Part shown: one piece after another, positions 1-7,829 of the stretch
How positions within the stretch are numbered: the stretch's first letter is position 1
Layout: each line of letters opens with the position of its first letter
DNA from: a virus
Lineage: Duplodnaviria > Heunggongvirae > Uroviricota > Caudoviricetes
Length of the DNA: 14,510 nucleotides
Reading direction: 5' to 3' (one strand)
IMG/VR virus record: IMGVR_UViG_3300039208_000295
The notes under the pieces: generated by a model
What the model saw: the letters and a program-made list of their open reading frames with translations, nothing else
Told to the model about the DNA's origin: nothing
Databases searched by the model: none
Translations under genes and position numbers: made by a program

Positions 1-793
1 CATCTTGCTGCAACATTAACCACATTGCATTCACGTAATCACCCGCGAAGCCCCAATCTCGATAGGCATCCATATTGCCAAGCTGGATCTTTTCTTGGAG
101 CCCCCATTTAATACGAGCAAGATTACGTGTGATCTTGCGAGTAACAAAATTTTCGCCACGCAGTGGAGATTCATGATTAAATAAGATCCCACCTGTGGCG
201 AACATATCAAATGATCTTCTATACACTCGTGTTTGATTAAACCCAAACACCTTGGCAGCAGCGTACGGAGACTCAGGCTCCATGGGAGAACGCTCATTCA
301 GCTTAGTCTCACCTACTTCTTGCCTGACGCCCATGCCACGATAACCGACACCAGGAATGTACACCTTTTCGCTACCGTCAGGTAGTGAATTACCAAATTG
401 CTCACTACTACCAGCAAAGTAGAATCGGCAATCGGGTTTCTCTTGACGAATCGCCTCAAGACAATTCAGCGTACCAATTCCAGTCACCTCCGAAGTCATC
501 AGAGGATACTCCCATGATAAAGCTACATGAGATTGAGCCGCTAAATGGTAGAACTCATCTGGTTGATATAACTTAACGGCTTTCTGAATACTGGAAATAT
601 CAGTAATGTCACCGTGAATGAGATTAAGGTTTGGACTTCCTCTCAGGGTCCGTAACCGTTCATCGTTCGGAGTAGACGTGCGGCGAACTAACCCTACAAC
701 TCGATATCCTTTGGCGAGCAGAAGGCGAGCCAAATAGAAACCGTCCTGTCCAGTAATGCCAGTAATTACTGCTGTTTTTGATTCCTGTACCAA
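1..793 (-). CDS. gmd: GDP-mannose 4,6-dehydratase, 3' end truncated by window edge, TTG start
   Basis: Manual translation: MVQESKTAVITGITGQDGFYLARLLL...FYHLAAQSHV...FYFAGSSEQFG...SPYAAAK...GILFNHESPLRGENFVTRKIT...LGNMDAYRDWGFAGDYV. All are hallmark GMD motifs. An in-frame TAA lies at 794-796, so the only start is TTG at 791-793, with AAGGAG 9 nt upstream. Not in the supplied ORF track. Confidence 0.97.
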   Translation of the reverse strand, partial: MVQESKTAVITGITGQDGFYLARLLLAKGYRVVGLVRRTSTPNDERLRTLRGSPNLNLIHGDITDISSIQKAVKLYQPDEFYHLAAQSHVALSWEYPLMTSEVTGIGTLNCLEAIRQEKPDCRFYFAGSSEQFGNSLPDGSEKVYIPGVGYRGMGVRQEVGETKLNERSPMEPESPYAAAKVFGFNQTRVYRRSFDMFATGGILFNHESPLRGENFVTRKITRNLARIKWGLQEKIQLGNMDAYRDWGFAGDYVNAMWLMLQQD

Positions 794-1728
794 TTAATTA
801 CTCTCCTTAATCCTTCTTCCAGTTTCATATTCGGCTCCCAACGAAGCCGCTCTTGTGCTCTACGAATATCTAGACTTCGCTTAGGTTGTCCGTTGGGCTG
901 ACTTTCATCCCAATAAATATCAGCACTATAATCACCAACTTGCTTAATTAATGTAGCAAGATCAGCAATGGTAATCTCTCGACCAGTACCAAGATTGATA
1001 GGTTCTGGACTAGTGTCTCTTTCTAAAGCAACCGCGATTGCTCTCGCACAGTCACCCGCATATAAGAACTCACGCGAAGCTGATCCATCACCCCATAATT
1101 TAACATAACGGGACATAGCTGGCCCCACAGAACCTTTAGGTGGAGTATCACTAGTAATAGCCAGTTGTGGTTCTTCGAATTTTCTAATTATAGCAGGAAT
1201 AACATGACTGCTATACAGATCAAAATTATCCCACTCACCATACATATTCGCGGGCAGGAAATTTGTCACATTGAGATCGTACTGTCGCGAATAAGCCATC
1301 CCCATCTCCATCACCGCCTTCTTAGCGATTCCGTAAGGAGCATTTGTTTCTTCTGGATAACCCATCCAGAGATGATCTTCATGAAACGGCGTAGCAACAA
1401 ATTTGGGATATGAACATACGCTGCCCAGATTCACGACCTTCGGTACGTCCGCTAAGCGTGCTGCCTCAAGTACATTAATCCCCATCTGTAAATTCTCATA
1501 AATAAACTTACCGGGATTATCTTTGTTAATACCAATGCCGCCACAAGTGGCGGCAAGATGAACGATAGCATCAGTTGTATTTAACGTACCAAGATAATCA
1601 ACAAGATTTCCTGGCTTCAGTAGATCTAATTCACTACGTGTTGGCGTGTACAACACATGATCGTCTTGAAGTGCAGACACAACATGTCTGCCGACAAAAC
1701 CATTTGCACCTGTAATTAAGACTCGCAT
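766..1728 (-). CDS. fcl: GDP-L-fucose synthase (GDP-4-keto-6-deoxy-D-mannose 3,5-epimerase/4-reductase)
   Basis: GANGFVG Rossmann motif, HLAATCGGIGIN, GSVCSYPK (catalytic Ser/Cys), YGIAK (YxxxK), NMYGEWDNF, SSHVIPA, WGDGSASREFLY, INLGTG, PNGQPKRSLD. Adjacent to gmd. Confidence 0.93.
   Translation of the reverse strand: MRVLITGANGFVGRHVVSALQDDHVLYTPTRSELDLLKPGNLVDYLGTLNTTDAIVHLAATCGGIGINKDNPGKFIYENLQMGINVLEAARLADVPKVVNLGSVCSYPKFVATPFHEDHLWMGYPEETNAPYGIAKKAVMEMGMAYSRQYDLNVTNFLPANMYGEWDNFDLYSSHVIPAIIRKFEEPQLAITSDTPPKGSVGPAMSRYVKLWGDGSASREFLYAGDCARAIAVALERDTSPEPINLGTGREITIADLATLIKQVGDYSADIYWDESQPNGQPKRSLDIRRAQERLRWEPNMKLEEGLRRVINWYRNQKQQ
803..808 (-). promoter_or_regulatory. Shine-Dalgarno site (AAGGAG) for the TTG start of gmd
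   Basis: Minus strand reads ttAAGGAGagtaattaaTTG; the site lies inside the 3' end of fcl. Confidence 0.8.
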
Positions 1729-2216
1729 TTTAGATCCCTTTTGTAACCAGCAATATTATCACTACAGATACCAGCAACTTCACCTAATGCCTCTAACGTG
1801 TACTCCGTAATCTCAGGCTTGACGGCAATCGACAATGGCGTTAACGCCTTACCTGGATAAGTCCACAGATAACCACCGGACGTTAGTGTGACATCATCGG
1901 TTTGATGCCAGAAATAATTGATATCACCGGGTCGATAACGAGAATTGACAGAAACAACTAAGGCCATTTCCATCAAGCACTCAATATTCTTGCAATGAAT
2001 CCAAAGTCTCTTATCCATCAACCAAATAGGTGACTCAACTAAGTAAGTAGGCTCATCATGCCCTAAGTAGAACTTACCATTTTTCCACCACACGTCAATC
2101 TCAACGTCGTAACCAGCGTCTAAAGCTTCTTGGACGTATTCGGGATCGTTTTCACGATTTGATGTGACGCCATACAAGTTACCACGATGTGATATATATC
2201 TAATTCTGTCATTCAT
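1716..2216 (-). CDS. Minimal glycerophosphodiester phosphodiesterase (GDPD/PI-PLC)-like protein, 166 aa
   Basis: SHRGN, EN, GYDVEIDVW, LGHDEP, WIHCKN, YFWHQTDD, GICSD motifs of the short GDPD-like family found in capsule/LPS loci. Confidence 0.75.
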   Translation of the reverse strand: MNDRIRYISHRGNLYGVTSNRENDPEYVQEALDAGYDVEIDVWWKNGKFYLGHDEPTYLVESPIWLMDKRLWIHCKNIECLMEMALVVSVNSRYRPGDINYFWHQTDDVTLTSGGYLWTYPGKALTPLSIAVKPEITEYTLEALGEVAGICSDNIAGYKRDLKCES

Positions 2217-3154
2217 TGCGAAGTTGTACAGCTAAATTCATCCAAAACCATTCCACAAACGGAATTTCGCAGATCCTTACTAATCTGCACATTATGAATT
2301 GGATTGGGGTTACCATGTTCAAAGACAGTAATCGCCGCAGGCGAAGTTCCTACAATTACATAATCATCATACGTCACCATACCACGAGTGTAACCAAGCA
2401 CAGCATGGTCACTTGGCAAATTGGTATGGCTTAATTCACTTATACTAGGAAGAGGAGTCTGCCAAGCATCTTGAACCTCACCGCCTCGCTCGAATACAGT
2501 AAGACTCTTGCGAGACAAATTGTACAGCATACCATCTTTATGTGGCCTTGCGTTATGCGTATCAGGATTTTGCAATTGTAATTTTGTCGTCTGTCCAGTT
2601 AAGAAGTCATATCGCCACAAACCATCTGTATACGCTCCTGAGTACCACATGGAATCATCATTAGCATATACGGAGTCTAAATGCATAAACCCGCCCTCCG
2701 AAAGGTAATCCGAAGTTAGCGGGTCAAAGGGTTTAGTTCCAGCAGTTTCTTTGTTATGAACATAACTAGTCGTCCATGCTCTTGCGACAAGATCAAAGAC
2801 CATAATAGTATCCGTTCCTCCGGAACAAATATAGAGTTTGTCCTTATGTCGCCATGCTTCGTGTGTGAGTCTTAGATATTTACTTCCATAGAAGTCGGTG
2901 TGTTCTAACTTTCCGTCTTTCAGACGGAAGGCAAATAGTTCATTGCCAGCCACGGCATATAGAGTATCACCCCAAAACGCCATACCTCGAATTCCACGAT
3001 CTCCACCACGACCATCCCAACAGATATCTGGGTTACTCCAATCAAGTAACTGAGATACTTCGTCAGTCTCTAAATTAATGCGGTAGATACCACCATGGCT
3101 ATCGCCACGATGAGTAGACCGGATCACAGAGGAAACAATAATACTGGGTAACAT
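2213..3154 (-). CDS. Conserved hypothetical protein, predicted beta-propeller (DUF4915/TIGR03032-like), 313 aa
   Basis: SSVIRSTHRGDSHGGIY, WDGRGGDRGIRGMAF, THE, HLDSV, HNAR and YTRGM repeats look like propeller blades. Family name is from recall. Confidence 0.6.
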   Translation of the reverse strand: MLPSIIVSSVIRSTHRGDSHGGIYRINLETDEVSQLLDWSNPDICWDGRGGDRGIRGMAFWGDTLYAVAGNELFAFRLKDGKLEHTDFYGSKYLRLTHEAWRHKDKLYICSGGTDTIMVFDLVARAWTTSYVHNKETAGTKPFDPLTSDYLSEGGFMHLDSVYANDDSMWYSGAYTDGLWRYDFLTGQTTKLQLQNPDTHNARPHKDGMLYNLSRKSLTVFERGGEVQDAWQTPLPSISELSHTNLPSDHAVLGYTRGMVTYDDYVIVGTSPAAITVFEHGNPNPIHNVQISKDLRNSVCGMVLDEFSCTTSQ

Positions 3155-3706
3155 TTAATGCTCCGTACTAAATACCACACCCTGCGTTCGAAGTACATCA
3201 GCTCCGTTCGACTTACAAAAAGAAAGTAAAGGGTTAATATAGTCCGTATACATAAGAGCCGGGTCGACCCCGTTTCTAATAAGATCTGCACACAGATCAT
3301 CGTGATCAAGCATAATCACATTATCTGGGCCGCCCAGGGAGCAGAGGATAGGTCCAATGTTCTGGACTCCTTTAATCGTTTCGATCTTAGGAACAATTTT
3401 GATGTCTTTGGGAACTGCCCGGTTAAAAGGAAAGACATCTTCGTGGCTTTCCACATTAGAGACCGCGAGATATTTAATTTGCGGATGGCTCTTAATAAAC
3501 TCGACCGTTTCTTCAAGGGAATAACGGTGAGCAGGAGGTTTACTGCGACCAATAGGATTATCTAGAAAAACATCGTGGGGTGTTCTGGCTAATTTTTCGC
3601 TTAAATCTTTAAGCGACGGCACCCAAGCCATATTAACACGAACAATAGCTTCGGGCGGAAGCCGAATTTCTCCACAGTCAAATACGTGACTAGAAACTAA
3701 TAACAT
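3155..3706 (-). CDS. Truncated pyruvate-kinase-like / HpcH-HpaI aldolase-like barrel protein, 183 aa
   Basis: RVNMAW, FLDNP..KP, LAVSNV, IVPKIET and IMLDHDDL align with the PK motifs RLNFSH, LDTKGP, FASFI, IISKIE and IMVARGDL. Start moved to the ATG at 3706, which overlaps the upstream stop (TAATG); the track start at 3715 is a TTG. Confidence 0.65.
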   Translation of the reverse strand: MLLVSSHVFDCGEIRLPPEAIVRVNMAWVPSLKDLSEKLARTPHDVFLDNPIGRSKPPAHRYSLEETVEFIKSHPQIKYLAVSNVESHEDVFPFNRAVPKDIKIVPKIETIKGVQNIGPILCSLGGPDNVIMLDHDDLCADLIRNGVDPALMYTDYINPLLSFCKSNGADVLRTQGVVFSTEH

Positions 3707-4188
3707 TATAGCCAAGCCTCATTTTCTTCAAAAAATTTCATGACGACTGCATCGCCGCCCGATCTATTAATAATACCAGCAACATCACGAACGGCTTTTG
3801 GAGCATCATTCGGACAAATGGCTTCGCCACCACCATCACGAACCGCCTTCAATAAGGCGATGTCGTAATAATCGTCTCCAATAAAAGCTACTTGCTCTAA
3901 TTCAACCTGATACTTCTGTAACAATTCGTCTAGCACGGACAGCTTGTTGGTCGTGTAAACAAAATCAATATCATTTTCTAATGCAATCACTTCATTGACA
4001 CGGCGATCTCTCGAAACGAAACAAACGTTAATATGTCTTCCCTTCATGCGAGCAATAGCTGTAAAATCATGATCATGAAACTGTTTATTCAAAACAGTGC
4101 CATTACGGCAATAGGTTTTCTTGCCGTTTGTCATAACGCCATCGACACTTAGCAATAATAATGCTAGCGGTTTCTTGTTAGAAGACAT
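3706..4188 (-). CDS. KdsC-like (Kdo 8-phosphate phosphatase family, HAD C0) protein with degenerate motif I, 160 aa
   Basis: LLLLSVDGVMTNGKKTY, FHDHDFTAI, NKL, VAFIGDDYYDIALLK, CPNDA, GGDAVV match the KdsC/YrbI family. Start placed at ATG 4188 because the track extension overlaps the sulfotransferase. Confidence 0.8.
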   Translation of the reverse strand: MSSNKKPLALLLLSVDGVMTNGKKTYCRNGTVLNKQFHDHDFTAIARMKGRHINVCFVSRDRRVNEVIALENDIDFVYTTNKLSVLDELLQKYQVELEQVAFIGDDYYDIALLKAVRDGGGEAICPNDAPKAVRDVAGIINRSGGDAVVMKFFEENEAWL

Positions 4189-4768
4189 AATCAAATCTTT
4201 CGATATCTTCACGATATAAAGCGGCAATTGCTTTGCGAGCATCTGCCGTATAGTACTTCCGATACCCGTGGTCGTACTTACCCACACTCAGGTGTTGTAA
4301 TTCTTTCTGTGGTAAATCAAAAAATTCGCATAAGTGACCGAACGCCATATTTAAGTTGGCATAATCTTCAATCCAAGGAATCTCTTCACCGTGTCGATCA
4401 ATCACAAAATCTCTTTGGCTGCGAAAGAATACGTCTTCACACCACTCGGAATCTTTTAGCCGACAGCAAAAGTCTGTGAAGTCTTCAAACTCGCTCAGTA
4501 GCGGCTTGTCCGTAGTGACAGTTCGCGAGTATTGATTTTTGCGTTCACGAGTAAAGTTAAAGTATGTTGAAACAGTTTTTTCCCACGGATTACGAACAAA
4601 CGCGAACTTAAAGAAGGAATCCAGACGACGCTCTAGATCGCAGGCACGCATGTAATGCTCATTGGGCTCAGGATATCCAATGTTATAGCCATAGTAATTA
4701 TGGATACTCGTGCTGGCCGTTCTCGGAATAGCAACATACGCCATTCCTGCTCTCTCATCTACGTACAT
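4178..4768 (-). CDS. Sulfotransferase family 2 protein (PAPS-dependent carbohydrate sulfotransferase-like)
   Basis: 5'-PSB loop IPRTASTS, 3'-PB motif FAFVRNPWEKTVSTY, and C-terminal YRKYY...IAALYREDIERFDYVF. Confidence 0.85.
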   Translation of the reverse strand: MYVDERAGMAYVAIPRTASTSIHNYYGYNIGYPEPNEHYMRACDLERRLDSFFKFAFVRNPWEKTVSTYFNFTRERKNQYSRTVTTDKPLLSEFEDFTDFCCRLKDSEWCEDVFFRSQRDFVIDRHGEEIPWIEDYANLNMAFGHLCEFFDLPQKELQHLSVGKYDHGYRKYYTADARKAIAALYREDIERFDYVF

Positions 4769-5471
4769 TGAGGAAGCTCTCCAGGTCTTCCGGCGTACCC
4801 AAACCAGCCATACGGTCTACGAAAAACGGCAGTACATACTTTTCTTCACCGATAATCTCGTTATAGACCGGAGCAATATAAAACTCGCCATTAGTACGAA
4901 TGTCCTTAGCAATCATGCTCTCAGCAGCTTCAACAAAATCAGATCCTCGTTGAAAATAATAAATGCCACATGTAGCAACATTACTAATAGGGCGTTTTTC
5001 AGCAACTTCAATCACCTTGCCAGTATGATCTAAACGCGTAAAACTCCACTTGGGATGACATGCATTAAAGGTAAAAATAATGCCGTCTTGGACGGCATAT
5101 CTACGCATTAAATCAAAATTACGTTTATCATACTCGACATACTGATCTGAATTAGCAATGAGTAATGGAGTACCATTATTAATAATCTCTTTTGCTAGCA
5201 ATGCCGTACAGGCGGCACCCTCTGTTAATTTTGATACTTCAACAATACTAACATCTTTGCCCGGCAACATGCTTCTAAGGGCATCTTTCATGTTATATTG
5301 ATTAATTTGGTCTTCTCGACATAGAAATGTATACGCATCACAATCAGGCAGCGAATCGATCACTACCTGAATCATGGGACGACCATCTACATCAATTAAT
5401 GGTTTAGGAAAAGTATAACCCGCCTGGGTGAATCTACTTCCCTCCCCCGCCATCGGAATTAGTGCTCTCAT
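4755..5471 (-). CDS. Sugar-phosphate nucleotidyltransferase-like protein (BcbE-like NTP transferase)
   Basis: IPMAGEGSRF..AGY.FPKPLI, TEGAACT, LLIANSDQ, HPKWSF, VAEKRPIS, ATCGIYYF, NGEFYIAPVYN, LGTPEDL. Confidence 0.85.
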   Translation of the reverse strand: MRALIPMAGEGSRFTQAGYTFPKPLIDVDGRPMIQVVIDSLPDCDAYTFLCREDQINQYNMKDALRSMLPGKDVSIVEVSKLTEGAACTALLAKEIINNGTPLLIANSDQYVEYDKRNFDLMRRYAVQDGIIFTFNACHPKWSFTRLDHTGKVIEVAEKRPISNVATCGIYYFQRGSDFVEAAESMIAKDIRTNGEFYIAPVYNEIIGEEKYVLPFFVDRMAGLGTPEDLESFLNVRR

Positions 5472-6150
5472 GTGTGTTAACTGTACTCACTGCTGCGGCT
5501 AAAGATAGCCAATTAAGATCTGCTGAACTCGCCACTCTCATTAAGTGAGCACCAGAAGCTTTAGCTGCTGCCTGACCCTTGGGGGAATCTTCAATAATCA
5601 AAGTTTCGTTCGGCATAACACCGAACAGGGCCATAGCTTTCCAGTACCCCTCAGGGTGTGGTTTGGGGTGGTCAATATCCTCGTTGGTAATAACGGTTTC
5701 CATCGAGTTCGCCACGCCAAGTTTCTCTAACATCTTCCATGTTGTCTGTTTAATGGAATTTGTCACACACGCAATGCGAATATTGTTACTCCTCAGTAGT
5801 TTTAGTAAACTAACGAGGCGTTCGTTGTGCAATTTTCCCGTACGAGGACGCGGACCAACGGCTGTTCTAATCGTATGTCCCTGATATGTGTCTTTTTCTT
5901 CTAACACTTCTAAGAAGTACTTTTGTTTTAACTCCTTAATTTTATCAAAATCTTCTACCTCTACCCGCCCCAAACGCCTTAACATTTCTAATTTGACAGA
6001 TGTCGGTAGGCCATTAAACTTTTCCTCGTGCTCGTCACGCTCAATGGTCGTTTGAGATACTTCACGTAATGCACGATTTAACGCTTCATAATGCCAATCA
6101 CAAGCATCAAGGAGCACGCCATCTAAATCAAATAAAATAGCCTTAATCAT
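5434..6150 (-). CDS. HAD-superfamily phosphatase (beta-phosphoglucomutase-like, subfamily IA)
   Basis: Intact motif I FDLDGVL, motif II VTNS, motif III KPHPEGY, motif IV IIEDSPKG. Confidence 0.88.
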   Translation of the reverse strand: MIKAILFDLDGVLLDACDWHYEALNRALREVSQTTIERDEHEEKFNGLPTSVKLEMLRRLGRVEVEDFDKIKELKQKYFLEVLEEKDTYQGHTIRTAVGPRPRTGKLHNERLVSLLKLLRSNNIRIACVTNSIKQTTWKMLEKLGVANSMETVITNEDIDHPKPHPEGYWKAMALFGVMPNETLIIEDSPKGQAAAKASGAHLMRVASSADLNWLSLAAAVSTVNTHESTNSDGGGGK

Positions 6151-6845
6151 TTCTGTGCCCTAAAGAACAATGCTTGATCGTGTCCAATGCTCATGTTAGC
6201 TGCACGTCCAGGACGCAAGATATAATCAAAATTCCTAAAACCGATTTGTGTCAAATCATCAGCTACATTTTGTACATCTACTACCTCAACGTCACACATG
6301 CCGTTAGTACCGCCTGCATCATAATGATTCTTGTAATAACTAACAAAACATCCTGCAACGCCAGTTGGACTATGTCCCATTTGAACGGTGATCCAACCAT
6401 CAGGCTTCAGGACACGCAAGAATTCTTTGAGAATATTATATCTAATTTCATGAACAGCAATATGCTGTAAACAAATGGTGCTCATGACAATATCATACGT
6501 ATCCGATGGGATTTCTGACAAGTCAACGCCATTAGTAATATACACATTACTCTCAGGTGAAGCTTCGCGAGCCCGCTCAACTAATGTCGAACTAATATCA
6601 ACCCCATCGATACGCTCAAAACGATCTTTGTAGAATATAAGATTTCGACCAGGACCACAACCAAAATCCAACATCACTTTGTCTGACAGCTCAAAATCAA
6701 AGTGACTAAATAAGTGCTCGTACTCTGGCCATGCATTTTGTCTGGCCCGGCCCGACTCATGAAATACAGAATTGGCATTATTGTCATCTGCCGCTTCGTA
6801 ATACTTCTTCTGCATTTCTGTGTATTTATTATTCTTATCAACCAT
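6147..6845 (-). CDS. Class I SAM-dependent methyltransferase, 232 aa
   Basis: LDFGCGPGRN, GVDIS, YDIVMSTICLQHI, LRVLKPDG. Start placed at ATG 6845, with GGGAG 6 nt upstream. Confidence 0.85.
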   Translation of the reverse strand: MVDKNNKYTEMQKKYYEAADDNNANSVFHESGRARQNAWPEYEHLFSHFDFELSDKVMLDFGCGPGRNLIFYKDRFERIDGVDISSTLVERAREASPESNVYITNGVDLSEIPSDTYDIVMSTICLQHIAVHEIRYNILKEFLRVLKPDGWITVQMGHSPTGVAGCFVSYYKNHYDAGGTNGMCDVEVVDVQNVADDLTQIGFRNFDYILRPGRAANMSIGHDQALFFRAQK

Positions 6846-7566
6846 TAGTGTCTCCCAGCGGTACAAACTTCTCCCACGGAGCATTTTCTTTTTGTTTCAA
6901 AAAACGAACAGGTGAGTGCTCATTGAGATTAAAGACTTCTCTGCCATATTTCTGGTAAAGTAATCTGCTCCATTGCACATCCTCTCCTTGACCCCATCCT
7001 CTGTTTTCATCTAGTGGTAAGGCTAAGGCAACTTCTTTCTTAACACAGTAATAAGCACCCGAATAATATTGCCAACGCTCATGACCTCGTGTGCCATATT
7101 CCAACAATCTACCAGGAATTGAACCCGGAGGAGATTGGTCATCAATTGGTGGATTCATCCAAGAATCATTATAAATAACACACCAATCCCTAAATCGTTC
7201 ACCGTCTTGGTTTTTAATTGGAGTTATGCACGTCAACCAATCATCACCAAATTCCTCAAAGCCCTTTTGCCAATCTTTTTCTAATCCAACATAATCGTGC
7301 AACATACAAATATTCTCATGGTATGCTACCTGAGCAATTAGATTTTTCTTACGCGTAATCCAACCCGCCTTTACGTCTTCTCGAAAAGGAATGTGAACAA
7401 TGCCATGACGCTCAATCATGTCAACCGGAATATTCTCACCACCCACGACAACAATTTGGTCATTGTCATAGTAATTATCTTCTGCATTATTACGAATCGT
7501 ATCACAAATAATACTGATCCGCTTCCATTCATTACCAGCGGTTATGATCCCAAACGTCCAATCCAT
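6838..7566 (-). CDS. Putative GT-A fold (GT2-like) glycosyltransferase
   Basis: N-terminal strand WTFGIIT, GWITRKKN, MLHDY (DxD-like position), YSGAYYCVK, GQGEDVQWS (GxED acceptor-side motif). Confidence 0.65.
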   Translation of the reverse strand: MDWTFGIITAGNEWKRISIICDTIRNNAEDNYYDNDQIVVVGGENIPVDMIERHGIVHIPFREDVKAGWITRKKNLIAQVAYHENICMLHDYVGLEKDWQKGFEEFGDDWLTCITPIKNQDGERFRDWCVIYNDSWMNPPIDDQSPPGSIPGRLLEYGTRGHERWQYYSGAYYCVKKEVALALPLDENRGWGQGEDVQWSRLLYQKYGREVFNLNEHSPVRFLKQKENAPWEKFVPLGDTNG

Positions 7567-7829
7567 CTTCTCCCCTTCTGATATCTCTGTGGTTCTTCTA
7601 AAGGCTTATAATCAAAGTGCCCAATAATCTCACAATTATGTCTATTCAAAAAAGCTAATAAGTCTTTATCGTGATAGTGATAAGCGTTACCAATTTCACC
7701 AAGTTCAGGATACGTTAAACGCCGCCAGCCATTAGCACCGTTTCTAGCAATTACTATTTCTTTATACTTTAGTCTAGAATGATGTGACCGCACAACCATA
7801 AGCGGCCTTAATTGCGAAGCATCAATCAT
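7542..7829 (-). CDS. Hypothetical protein, 95 aa
   Basis: Fills the gap exactly, with an ATGA overlap to the upstream gene. No recognisable motif. Confidence 0.7.
   Translation of the reverse strand: MIDASQLRPLMVVRSHHSRLKYKEIVIARNGANGWRRLTYPELGEIGNAYHYHDKDLLAFLNRHNCEIIGHFDYKPLEEPQRYQKGRRWIGRLGS

Noticed and set aside
309-388. Inverted repeat CCTGACG/CGTCAGG (323-329 / 376-382) bracketing the gmd insertion, suggesting a mobile or intron remnant
   Set aside because: A 7-bp inverted match within about 90 nt is plausible by chance. The outer arms are imperfect, and there is no target-site duplication or intron/intein motif.
5434-5489. Programmed frameshift fusing the HAD and nucleotidyltransferase (fusions of these families are recalled from elsewhere)
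   Set aside because: The transferase frame has a TGA at 5487-5489, leaving only a short window, and I see no slippery heptamer there. A simple 38-nt overlap explains it.
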